Positions 1 through 8,438 of a stretch of 38,947 nucleotides of DNA are shown here, piece by piece (position 1 is the stretch's first letter; each line of letters opens with the position of its first letter). The stretch is taken from the NCBI GenBank assembly GCA_039715015.1, contig JBDLIE010000025.1, positions 1 through 38,947 on the forward strand, written 5' to 3'. This stretch comes from Thermodesulfobacteriota bacterium (GTDB lineage Bacteria > Desulfobacterota > Desulfobulbia > Desulfobulbales > SURF-16). The translations under genes and the position numbers were made by a program. Under the pieces are notes generated by a model. The model had not been told where the DNA came from and did not search any database. It saw nothing but the letters and a program-made list of their open reading frames with translations.

Positions 1-1
1 C

Positions 2-319
2 CCAGTCTGTCCTGACAGCGACAATGATGGCTACACCGATGCCGCCTGTGGTGGCACCGACTGTAACGATAATAATGCCGCCATCAACCCCGGCGCCTCA
101 GAGGTTTGCGGCGATGGTGTTGACCAGGATTGTTCCGGCGTGGACCTGAGCTGTCCTCCCCCTGTCTGTCCTGACAGCGACAACGACGGCTTCGCCGATG
201 CTGCCTGTGGTGGCACCGATTGTAATGATAATAATGCCGCCATCAACCCCGGCGCCTCCGAGACCTGCGGTGACGGAGTTGACCAGGATTGTTCCGGCGC
301 CGACCTAAGCTGTCCTCCT
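2..319 (+). repeat. Two tandem 159-nt (53-aa) intragenic repeats encoding a putative metal-binding (MopE-related) Cys/Asp motif
   Basis: Units start at 2 and 161: PVCPDSDNDG(YT/FA)DAACGGTDCNDNNAAINPGASE(V/T)CGDGVDQDCSG(V/A)DLSCPP. Most differences are synonymous. Confidence 0.95.
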
Positions 320-1930
320 CCGGCGACCGGATCCCATGCGTTTATTACCTCCTATGAGGGCCCTAGCACCTGTATCGGTTGTCACCAGACTGCTGCTTAT
401 GACATGCTGGACAGTCTCCATATGCAATGGTCCGGCCCCACCCCTGATCTGACCAATACCAACGGTGAAGATCTCGGCAAGGCCGTAAATGGTATTAACA
501 CCTTCTGTACCTATGCCATGTCTTCCGGCGGTGCTTGTTTCAGTTGCCATGTGCGTTCTGATGGCAACGCACCCCATGCTCCGGATGTTAATGATGTGGA
601 TTGTCTGATGTGCCATAACGACACCTATCAGCGCATGACCGTTACTGACCCTGATACAGCCACCACAGTTGTTGATTATCTTGGCAATGAGAAGACCTAT
701 GTCTTCGGTGAGCAGGATGCCGATGGCAATTACAGCAATGTTCCGAATTTTGACGCCATGCCTGCTGGTACCACCATGCTTCAACTGGCCCAGAACGTCC
801 ATCTTCCCACCAGAGCCTCCTGCCTGCGCTGTCATGCCAAGGCCGGTGGTGGTGACTGGACCAAGCGCGGCGACATGGGACTGAGCACCAAGAGTCCTGC
901 CATTAGCGAGGATGTCCATATGTCCCCGGCTGGAGCGGATCTCTCCTGTCAGGCCTGTCATGCCACCGAGGGTGGCCATAAGGTCGGCGGACGCGGTATT
1001 GATCTGCGGCAGACCGAGGCTGCTGCTCCCACCTGTCAGTCCTGTCATGGTGCAGCACCCCATAGCGATGCCGTCGTTAACCGCCATGCCCAGGGCCAGC
1101 TAAGCTGCCAGGTTTGCCATATCCGTGAGTTTGGTAAAGGCGGCGCCACGGAGATGTCCCGTGACTGGTTGGCTCCCCACTTCAACCCGGCCTTCTGTAA
1201 CGGCCAGGGTGGCTATGTCGGCCATGAGGTTAAGGTGGCCAATGTCAAGCCTGACTACACCTGGTTTGACGGTACCTCTTACGTCTATAATCTTGGTGAG
1301 ACCATCAGCCCCAATGCCGACGGCACCTACACCATGGCCAAGGCCAATGGTGAGGCCTTTGACGGTAAGTCAAAGATCGTACCCATCAAGCGTCATCTCA
1401 CCAACACCGCCCTCCATGAGAGTGGTCAGATCATTGCCCCGAAAATTATGGACATGTTCATGACCGGCGATTTTGATCGGGCCGTGCAGGCAGGTATGGC
1501 TGATCAAGGCCTGACCGGTAACTACACCATGGTAGAAGCCGATGCCGAAATGCTGATTACCCATGGTGTTGACCAGAAGTCCAGCGCTCCCACCTGTAGC
1601 GAGTGTCATGACGGCTCTGGCCAGACACCGGACGGCAGCAAGATGGTGCCCTTCGGAGCCCTTGGTTATCAGACCTTCCCAACCAGTAACATCTGCTCCC
1701 TCTGCCATAGCAGTAAGAGTGAGGGCTGGGAAGCTATGCATAATAGGCATGACGGCATTGGGGCCCTTGACTGTGCCTCCTGTCATACCGCACCGCCAAG
1801 CGGCCTGACTGCCTCTCGCAGCTCACTCTGTGCTGACTGTCATGGCTATAAAAGCGAGACAGATCCCCAGACAATCCATAACAAGCATGTGAAGAGAAAC
1901 ATTGCATGCGCAACCTGCCATACCTTCTAA
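2..1930 (+). CDS. Multiheme cytochrome c (12 CxxCH in window): octaheme tetrathionate reductase (OTR)-like core, C-terminal tetraheme extension, N-terminal Cys/Asp repeats; 5'-truncated
   Basis: Frame is open from base 2, so the true start is upstream of the window. Motifs: CIGCH, CFSCH, CLMCH, CLRCH, CQACH, CQSCH, CQVCH, CSECH, CSLCH, CASCH, CADCH, CATCH. OTR-like segments LGKAVNGINTFC and GGGDWTKRGD. Confidence 0.9.
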   Translation, partial: PVCPDSDNDGYTDAACGGTDCNDNNAAINPGASEVCGDGVDQDCSGVDLSCPPPVCPDSDNDGFADAACGGTDCNDNNAAINPGASETCGDGVDQDCSGADLSCPPPATGSHAFITSYEGPSTCIGCHQTAAYDMLDSLHMQWSGPTPDLTNTNGEDLGKAVNGINTFCTYAMSSGGACFSCHVRSDGNAPHAPDVNDVDCLMCHNDTYQRMTVTDPDTATTVVDYLGNEKTYVFGEQDADGNYSNVPNFDAMPAGTTMLQLAQNVHLPTRASCLRCHAKAGGGDWTKRGDMGLSTKSPAISEDVHMSPAGADLSCQACHATEGGHKVGGRGIDLRQTEAAAPTCQSCHGAAPHSDAVVNRHAQGQLSCQVCHIREFGKGGATEMSRDWLAPHFNPAFCNGQGGYVGHEVKVANVKPDYTWFDGTSYVYNLGETISPNADGTYTMAKANGEAFDGKSKIVPIKRHLTNTALHESGQIIAPKIMDMFMTGDFDRAVQAGMADQGLTGNYTMVEADAEMLITHGVDQKSSAPTCSECHDGSGQTPDGSKMVPFGALGYQTFPTSNICSLCHSSKSEGWEAMHNRHDGIGALDCASCHTAPPSGLTASRSSLCADCHGYKSETDPQTIHNKHVKRNIACATCHTF

Positions 1931-1948
1931 CTAAGGAGTTGTGGTAAG

Positions 1949-1989
1949 AAAAAAGGCCCCGGAGGATTCGTCCTCCGGGGCCTTTTTTT
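1949..1989. terminator. Bidirectional intrinsic terminator
   Basis: AAAAAA GGCCCCGGAGGA TTCG TCCTCCGGGGCC TTTTTTT between convergent genes. Confidence 0.92.
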
Positions 1990-2020
1990 GGTTTGGGTCA
2001 CGTTTTTTTAGTGATCTCCT

Positions 2021-2812
2021 TCAGTTGCCGAAGCTTTTATTAATAATAACAGGGGAGCCGATGGAGAGGTTGAGCTCGCAGACTGCGTTGCCTCCGGCAA
2101 TACTGATTTCAAGGTAGCTGCTGCTGTTAAATAGGGCAATGATCTTGCCTTTCTCTGGGCCATAGGTGGAGCTGAGGCCCTTGATAATTGTGGCGCCAAT
2201 GGTAATCAGCGGCGTCTCACCGGCATCTAGAAAACTATCAAGTTCTTTTTTGCTGATATTGGTAGCCATATTGCCGAAATGGTCGGCTCGCAAACATTGT
2301 CCCTGAAGCTGGTGGATACCCATAGTGGCTGGAGGTTGCTCGAGATGGATCAGCCCGCTTATTGGCAGAGTCGGTCCAAGCTTATTGGGGGCAAGACCAC
2401 AGGCCAAGGCTGCCGCCACTGGGGCAAAAATGTCACGGCCATGGAATGTGGAGGAAACGGGCTGCAAAAAAAACTCATCATTGACCAGCTCGTAGGCACG
2501 ATGTGCATCTTTGAAAAAAGGGGTAAGTAAGCCGTTATCAGGGGCCAGAAAAAGTTGGCCAGACGCCTCAATACAGATAATCCGGCGGCTGGTGCCAACG
2601 CCGGGGTCCACCACGGCCATATGAAGAGTGGCGGCCGGGAAGTAGGGAGCGGCCTCAGTAAGAACATGGGAGGCTGCGGCGATATTCTGAGCTGGAATGG
2701 TGTGGCAGATATCCACAACAGAGGCCTGGGGACAGCGGCCGAGAATCACCCCCTTCATAATGGCCACAAAGGGATCATCAAGGCCAAAATCAGTGGTCAG
2801 GGTGATAAGCAT
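2021..2812 (-). CDS. SAM hydrolase / SAM-dependent halogenase family protein (DUF62)
   Basis: Motifs ITLTTDFG, VVDPGVGTSRR, APDNG, STFHGRDIFAP, DHFGNxxTN. Confidence 0.92.
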   Translation of the reverse strand: MLITLTTDFGLDDPFVAIMKGVILGRCPQASVVDICHTIPAQNIAAASHVLTEAAPYFPAATLHMAVVDPGVGTSRRIICIEASGQLFLAPDNGLLTPFFKDAHRAYELVNDEFFLQPVSSTFHGRDIFAPVAAALACGLAPNKLGPTLPISGLIHLEQPPATMGIHQLQGQCLRADHFGNMATNISKKELDSFLDAGETPLITIGATIIKGLSSTYGPEKGKIIALFNSSSYLEISIAGGNAVCELNLSIGSPVIINKSFGN

Positions 2813-2819
2813 GGCCCAT

Positions 2820-3788
2820 CTACTCCATGAGGGTGCTGATGCTCACAAGCTGAACTTGCTCCTGGAGCCAGGTCTTTTCCTTCTCAAGGGTGGCAACAGT
2901 GACCGGGTGGGGATGAGCAATGCCAATGGCCGAACCATGTTTCTTGGCGATCTTGACCAGCCTTTCCAGTTGGCCCTTGATCTTGGCCGCATCCTGTTCG
3001 TTGTCGATAAAGACGTCGCGGCGCCCTGTTTTAATGTCCATCCTCTTGGCCTCGGCATGGCCAACAGATCCGGCAATGGTAATGCTGTCCAGGAAGAAGA
3101 GGTTGCGGGCCTTGATGGGGGCGAGGGCGGCGCGCATGGCCTTTTTGTCAGTGGTGAATTTAGAACCCATGTGGTTATTCACCCCCACCGCATAAGGGAG
3201 ATCCTCCAGGTCTTTGCGAACTTGGGCCTTGATGGAGCGTGGTGACATGGAGGTGTAGAGAGCACCCGGGCCGGGATCCCATTTCGCTAAGGTTGCCTCC
3301 ATGGGCAGGTGGAGAAGAATTTCTCTGTTACGGGCATGGGCCATCTCCATGAGGCTATGGGCATGGGGGGTAAAGGGCAGGATGGCAAAGGAGAGAGGGA
3401 GGTCAAGTTCTATGAGCTGTTGTCCCAGCTTCTGGCGGTTTCCCATGTCATCAATAAGCAGGGCCAAGCGTGGTTTAGCGCTGGAAGGGGCCGTAATTAT
3501 TTTTTTTAGGGCGGATTTTTTTTTGACCTCAGGAAGGGTATCTTCCTCATAGGCGATTTGCGGTTTTACCGGTTGATAGAGGGGACGGGTTTTGGAGTCG
3601 CTGGAAGGGGCAATTCTCCTTGCCTTGGGGGCCTGCATGGTACCGGGGGTGAGAAAAATGAAATAGGCGGTTGCCCCCAGGGTGGCAGTGACAATAAGGG
3701 TGAGAAAAAGGGGCCAGATAAAACGGGTTATTGATGGTTTTACCCTTCTCTTGGCAGAGCGTTTTTTCTTCTTAGTTTTTTTTGCCAT
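2820..3788 (-). CDS. Divergent polysaccharide deacetylase family protein (YibQ-like), N-terminal membrane anchor
   Basis: Basic N-terminus plus one TM segment; LLIDDMG, LLHLPME, GVNNHMGSKFT, FFLDS, RRDVFIDN, AIGIAHP. Confidence 0.92.
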   Translation of the reverse strand: MAKKTKKKKRSAKRRVKPSITRFIWPLFLTLIVTATLGATAYFIFLTPGTMQAPKARRIAPSSDSKTRPLYQPVKPQIAYEEDTLPEVKKKSALKKIITAPSSAKPRLALLIDDMGNRQKLGQQLIELDLPLSFAILPFTPHAHSLMEMAHARNREILLHLPMEATLAKWDPGPGALYTSMSPRSIKAQVRKDLEDLPYAVGVNNHMGSKFTTDKKAMRAALAPIKARNLFFLDSITIAGSVGHAEAKRMDIKTGRRDVFIDNEQDAAKIKGQLERLVKIAKKHGSAIGIAHPHPVTVATLEKEKTWLQEQVQLVSISTLME

Positions 3789-4810
3789 TACTTATCCCGG
3801 CTCAGCACATAGTTGGCCAGCCCCTGCAGGGTATTTTTGCTCTCACAATCCTTAAAATCTTCCAGGGACTCCAGGGCTGCGGAGATAAGGGTGTCAGCTC
3901 CTTCCCTGGCATAGGCAAAGCCGCCTGCCTCTTCAATGATGGCCGTAACTTCATTGATCTTGGTCTGCCTTTGGAAAGGCTCACCGGCAAGCAGGTCCAC
4001 AAGGATTTGCCGTTTATTGTCGGGGCCATTTGTCATGGCATAGATCAGGGGGAGAGTCATCTTGCCCTCCACAAAATCATTGCCAATGGCCTTACCTGTG
4101 CTTGCAGCATCACCAAGATAATCAAGAAGATCATCCACCACCTGGAAGGCAAGGCCTAGAGCGTCGCCAAAGGTGCGGATGGCGGCTCGTTGCTCCTTGT
4201 CGGCACCGGCAAAAAAGGCACCGACCTCACAGGCTGAGCCGATCAAGGCTCCGGTTTTGCCGCGGAGAACAGCAAAATAATTCTCTTCAGAGAGGTTGGC
4301 GTCGGTCACTGTCTGGGCCTGGAGAAATTCGGCGTCGATCATGGCGCCAGTGGCATCACCGATGAGGGCAAGGCACCTCTCGCCACCCACCAGCCCAGCC
4401 AGAGTCATGGCCCGGGTGTGGAGATAGTCGCCAGCCAGGATGGCGGTGCTGGCATCCCAGACCTGATTTGCAGTTTTTTTGCCCCTTCTGGTGTCGGCAT
4501 GGTCTATGACGTCATCATGGAGGAGGCTGGCAGCGTGGAGAAATTCAAAGACCATGGCCAGTCGGTAGAGGTCTGGCGGCGGCGAAAGTTCTTCTTCATC
4601 AGCAATGCCTTCCGGCATCCTGGTAAAAGCCACGAGGCGGGCAATGAGTACGGTGAGCAGAGGGCGGATACGTTTGCCGCCGTTAAAAATAGCGTAATTG
4701 ACCACCTCAGCAAGGCGGGAGCTTTGAATGCCGGCAAATTCGGCAGCCATGGCCTCGTTGATCTGTTCGATCTCCGGGTGCAGGCGGGAAAGAAGTTGTT
4801 TTTTGTCCAC
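3788..4810 (-). CDS. ispB: Long-chain polyprenyl diphosphate synthase (IspB-like)
   Basis: GGKRIRP, LLHDDVID..RRG, GKTG, FQVVDDLLD, GKAIGNDFVEGKMTLP. Start moved to GTG 4810, which follows an AGGAGG SD. Confidence 0.88.
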   Translation of the reverse strand: MDKKQLLSRLHPEIEQINEAMAAEFAGIQSSRLAEVVNYAIFNGGKRIRPLLTVLIARLVAFTRMPEGIADEEELSPPPDLYRLAMVFEFLHAASLLHDDVIDHADTRRGKKTANQVWDASTAILAGDYLHTRAMTLAGLVGGERCLALIGDATGAMIDAEFLQAQTVTDANLSEENYFAVLRGKTGALIGSACEVGAFFAGADKEQRAAIRTFGDALGLAFQVVDDLLDYLGDAASTGKAIGNDFVEGKMTLPLIYAMTNGPDNKRQILVDLLAGEPFQRQTKINEVTAIIEEAGGFAYAREGADTLISAALESLEDFKDCESKNTLQGLANYVLSRDK

Positions 4811-4814
4811 GTCG

Positions 4815-6797
4815 CTACTCCTCCTCGTTGAAAAATGCGCGAACCTCATCGAGGCTGCGGATTATCGGACTGGGCGGTGTACTTTTTAAAAAGATCCGGC
4901 CATAGGATTTTGCGTAGAGGCGGGCATCAAGAATGGCCAACAGGCCCCTGTCGGTTGCTGAGCGCATCAGCCTGCCCAAGCCCTGGCGTAAGGTGAGGAT
5001 GGCCCGGGGCACCTGAAAATCGAAAAAGGGATTGCCGCCTGCCTCCTTTATCCTGTCCGCCCTGGCCATGATAACAGGATCGGAGGGAACTTCAAATGGA
5101 AGTTTGTCGATAATAACGGCGCTTAAGGTGTTGCCAGGCACATCCACCCCCTCCCAAAAAGAGGCCACGGCCAGGAGCACCGAGTGGGTCTCTTCCCGGA
5201 AGCTCTCCAGCAGTTTTTGCTTGGGGGCCTCGCCCTGGACAAAGACTGGAAAAGGCAGGCGGTCGCTGAGGTAGTTATACATATGGTCCATGGCCCGGAT
5301 GCTGGTGAAAAGGAGCAAGGCCCGGCCCGAGGAGGCCAGGAGGAGCTCATGGATCTCTTCTTGGACGGCAGTAAAAAAGCTGCGGTGGCTGGGCAAGGGA
5401 AAACCGTTGGCCGGAATGTAGAGTCTGGTCCGGTTCTTATAGTCAAAGGGGGTGGGGAGCTGCAGGGTCTTGGTCCCTTCGTCCAAGCCGAGGCGTCCGA
5501 AAAAATAGGAGAAATTGGCGCCGGTGGTCAGGGTGGCAGAGGTAAAAATCACCGATTTAACAGTATTGTAAAAGGATTCATGGAGATCTTCGGCGATATC
5601 GATGGGAGAGGCCGTCAGCGCCACGGTTTTTTCCCGCCTCTCATACCAGTAGACATAGGATGGGTTGGGAGGGGCGGTGAAATGTTCCAGGGCGGCGCTG
5701 GCCTCCGAGGTCCGGCGCAGAAAAGTATTCCAACTTTCATAACGGAGGGCCACGGTTTCCAGTTGGTCGGCCAGGCTGACAAGGCGGCTGGCCAGGAGCT
5801 CGGTTTCCCGTTGCCACTGGTCATTGTCAGTGGTGAAATCAATGAGGGGGAAACGGCCTTTTTCAGCAGGAAAAAGGCTGACAAGACGTTGGGCCTGCTG
5901 GCTCAGGCTCTGGGCCAGGGCCAAGGCTTTTTCCTGCTCCTTGTCGCCCACGGATTCGGCATGGGCCTTTTCTATGTCACGGGCCAGATCAAGAAACTGG
6001 TAGTGGCTGAGGCTGATGCCAAAATAGCGGGTGGCAATGTTTTCAATATGATGGGCCTCGTCAAAGATCACAGACTCATAGCGCGGCAGGACCTCGGCAA
6101 AGCCATAACGCCGTAGGGCCAGGTCGGAAAAAAAGAGGTGGTGGTTGACGATGAGCAGCCGGGCCTTACCGGCCTTCTTGCGGAGCTGGGTGACAAAGCA
6201 GGCGTTGTAATCCGGGCAATTACTGGCCAAACATTGGCTGGTGGTGGCGCTTATTTCCCGCCATAAGGGGCTTTGGTCCGGCAGCCAGTCGAGTTCGGCC
6301 CGATCACCGCTCTCGGTTTCCTGGACCCATTTTTCCAGATCGTCCATCCGAATATTCTGGAAAAGGGGGGCCTGGGGAGAGGCGGTGAATTGGTGGTAAC
6401 GGTAGATGCAGAGGTAGTTCTGCCTGCCCTTAACACAGAGGGCCTCCAGGGTGGGATCGATATTGTCCCGGATAAAGGGGACCTCCTTGTGGAGGATCTG
6501 TTCCTGGAGATTAATGGTGCCGGTGGAGACCACTATTTTTTGGCCGCTAAGCACCGCCGGAATCAAATAGGCCAGGGTTTTGCCGATGCCTGTCTCCGCC
6601 TCAATGGCCAGTTTTTTGCCAAGAACAGGATTATGGCCCCAAGGGTCCTCGTCATGGAGGATGTCGGCAATGGCCTGGGCCATCTCAAGCTGGCCGGGGC
6701 GTGGTTCATAACCGGTCAGCTTCTCTGCAAGAAGGCCGGCGGGGCTGAATATTTCCCGGGTTTCAGTGCAGAGATCAAAGTCGATTTCAGAACTCAT
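4815..6797 (-). CDS. ATP-dependent DNA helicase, DinG/YoaA family (Fe-S type)
   Basis: Q motif YEPRPGQ, Walker A AETGIGKT, FDEAHH, SATL, FWEGVDVPG, QGLGRLMR, Cys cluster YLC...CLASNCPDYNAC. Start taken at ATG 6797 (TGATG overlap with upstream stop); GTG 6800 is also possible. Confidence 0.93.
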   Translation of the reverse strand: MSSEIDFDLCTETREIFSPAGLLAEKLTGYEPRPGQLEMAQAIADILHDEDPWGHNPVLGKKLAIEAETGIGKTLAYLIPAVLSGQKIVVSTGTINLQEQILHKEVPFIRDNIDPTLEALCVKGRQNYLCIYRYHQFTASPQAPLFQNIRMDDLEKWVQETESGDRAELDWLPDQSPLWREISATTSQCLASNCPDYNACFVTQLRKKAGKARLLIVNHHLFFSDLALRRYGFAEVLPRYESVIFDEAHHIENIATRYFGISLSHYQFLDLARDIEKAHAESVGDKEQEKALALAQSLSQQAQRLVSLFPAEKGRFPLIDFTTDNDQWQRETELLASRLVSLADQLETVALRYESWNTFLRRTSEASAALEHFTAPPNPSYVYWYERREKTVALTASPIDIAEDLHESFYNTVKSVIFTSATLTTGANFSYFFGRLGLDEGTKTLQLPTPFDYKNRTRLYIPANGFPLPSHRSFFTAVQEEIHELLLASSGRALLLFTSIRAMDHMYNYLSDRLPFPVFVQGEAPKQKLLESFREETHSVLLAVASFWEGVDVPGNTLSAVIIDKLPFEVPSDPVIMARADRIKEAGGNPFFDFQVPRAILTLRQGLGRLMRSATDRGLLAILDARLYAKSYGRIFLKSTPPSPIIRSLDEVRAFFNEEE

Positions 6798-7894
6798 CAC
6801 TTGCATGTGGAGGATCGGCAGGAAAGGACGGCCAGGAGACCATGACTCCAAGGCCCTTCTGGCCCTGAGGTGGTCTTGAGAGCACAGAGTTGGGCCACCA
6901 GCTGGGAGATCGGTTGGCTGAGGAGATAAATTTCCAGGTGGGGAGTGGCAACGCATTTTTTGGGGCTGCTGGCAACAGGTGGCTCTGGCCACGGGTTATT
7001 CTGGCTATAAGCCGCGGTCCAGAGGGCAGCCATCTGGGCCAGGTCAGCCAAGGTGCTGTCCCTCATACCGTGGCGGGCAAGGTCGTGAAGTATTTCTGCT
7101 GTTTTCTGGCGACAGCCGGCAAGCTGATCAAGCCAGATCTGTCTTTTTTCCAAATAGTTTTCAGGGTCATGGTCACAGTCTGGCAGGGGGAGGCGGAGGA
7201 GGCGCACAGGGCGCTGGCCGCTGAGTTTTTCGTTGACCTCAAAAAAAGGTTCGGCAGCCTCCGGGGAAAAGCAGTTCAAAAACCAGGGCTGGTGATCACC
7301 GGCCAAAAGGAGATGGCCCCAGGCGCTGATAAGGGATTCAACCCGGACCGGAAATTGGGGGCTTGGTGTGTCGTCCAAGGCATGAAAGAGATCTTGAAGT
7401 TCCTCTTCTCCCTTGAGGTCTTTGAGAAGATCGGCCTGACGGTCCTGCATCATGGCCATCCCTTCGGCCAGCGCTTTATGTTCCTGGCGCAGCATTTCAG
7501 CAAGCTTTAAAAGGAGCCTGGCCTGCCAGAGCTCTTCTCGGCTTTGGGCAGACTCGGGAGCAGAGGTCGAAGTGCCGGGGGCCTGCAGATTGCTGATGAT
7601 GTCACGAACCGTTTCCGGGTCACGGTTTTCCATGTACTCCAAAGCCATATTGGAGAGCTGGCCTTGATAAAAGGCAGCCTCGTTTCCCTTGAGTTCAGCC
7701 ATGAGTTGCTTGAAGCGTTGAAGGTCATCACCTAAGGGGGCTGGGGTGTAAGCTGTGCAGAGTTCACTGGCCTCAGCCTCGTCTGCTTCAACCGGAGCCA
7801 GGTAGAAGATCTGGGAAAAGAAGAGAAGCTGACCACGAACATCGTCAAGGCTGATATCTGTTTCTGGAAAATGGTAGGCAGGAAGAGAAGTCAT
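6797..7894 (-). CDS. Hypothetical protein (365 aa)
   Basis: Long ORF filling the gap, with its stop overlapping the helicase start. No family recognised. Confidence 0.75.
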   Translation of the reverse strand: MTSLPAYHFPETDISLDDVRGQLLFFSQIFYLAPVEADEAEASELCTAYTPAPLGDDLQRFKQLMAELKGNEAAFYQGQLSNMALEYMENRDPETVRDIISNLQAPGTSTSAPESAQSREELWQARLLLKLAEMLRQEHKALAEGMAMMQDRQADLLKDLKGEEELQDLFHALDDTPSPQFPVRVESLISAWGHLLLAGDHQPWFLNCFSPEAAEPFFEVNEKLSGQRPVRLLRLPLPDCDHDPENYLEKRQIWLDQLAGCRQKTAEILHDLARHGMRDSTLADLAQMAALWTAAYSQNNPWPEPPVASSPKKCVATPHLEIYLLSQPISQLVAQLCALKTTSGPEGPWSHGLLAVLSCRSSTCK

Positions 7895-8002
7895 GATATT
7901 TTTGCTACAGCAATGATAGGAAAAATGGTAAAGGCCTTACACAAGGGTCTGTTGTTGGTTTTACCCTCGTGGACCATGGTATTTTGAAATAAAAAAAAGT
8001 TT

Positions 8003-8302
8003 GTGACAGAAATGACAACCAAAGAGAAAATATCCCTGACAGGATTGGTGGTTTTTTATCTCCTCTGCGTGCTCCGTTATATTCCTGGAGACCTGGGGAT
8101 GACCTTCTATCACACGGCCAAGAGTTTTCTGCTTTTGGGTTCTTTTGCCGTGGCTTTGACCATTGTCATTGTCACCATCATGCAGAAGATAGTGGGTGAA
8201 AAACTGCCTTGGGACCGTGTGCTCCGTTTTTATTTATTGTTCGCAATCATAATCGAAATCTTTGCCGGGGTGTATAATTATTTGGAAAGGGCCCAGGGCT
8301 GA
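8003..8302 (+). CDS. Small hypothetical membrane protein (about 3 TM segments)
   Basis: Three hydrophobic stretches; followed by a terminator. Start is GTG 8003 or ATG 8012. Confidence 0.65.
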   Translation: MTEMTTKEKISLTGLVVFYLLCVLRYIPGDLGMTFYHTAKSFLLLGSFAVALTIVIVTIMQKIVGEKLPWDRVLRFYLLFAIIIEIFAGVYNYLERAQG

Positions 8303-8323
8303 TTTCAGTTATAAACATTCCAC

Positions 8324-8367
8324 AAAAAAAGCCGCCGGATCTTTTTCAAAGATCCGGCGGCTTTTTT
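8324..8367. terminator. Bidirectional intrinsic terminator
   Basis: A-tract GCCGCCGGATCTTT TTC AAAGATCCGGCGGC T-tract between convergent genes. Confidence 0.92.
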
Positions 8368-8438
8368 ATTTCCCCATTCAGGCCTGAACGAGCAGGGAGG
8401 CGGGCAGCCTCGGGCAAGCTCAGGGGCCAGGCACATCC

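Noticed and set aside
2..319. Tandem repeat as a possible CRISPR array or mobile element
   Set aside because: The unit is 159 nt, in frame, with mostly synonymous differences and no spacers. It is a protein-coding repeat.
2021..2812. Fluorinase/chlorinase natural-product gene
   Set aside because: Housekeeping context with no biosynthetic genes nearby; most DUF62 members are SAM hydrolases.
4815..6797. CRISPR type IV-associated DinG or defence helicase
   Set aside because: No cas genes or array; it has the standard Fe-S YoaA-like features and sits in an operon with ispB.
6798..6992. Longer N-termini given by the ORF track (helicase 6992; also ispB 4849, lon 10497, rne 19695, RluA 35549, deaminase-like 36349, lipoprotein 32456)
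   Set aside because: They overlap neighbouring genes or terminators, or lack an SD. Downstream starts have SD motifs, stop-start overlaps or avoid the overlap.
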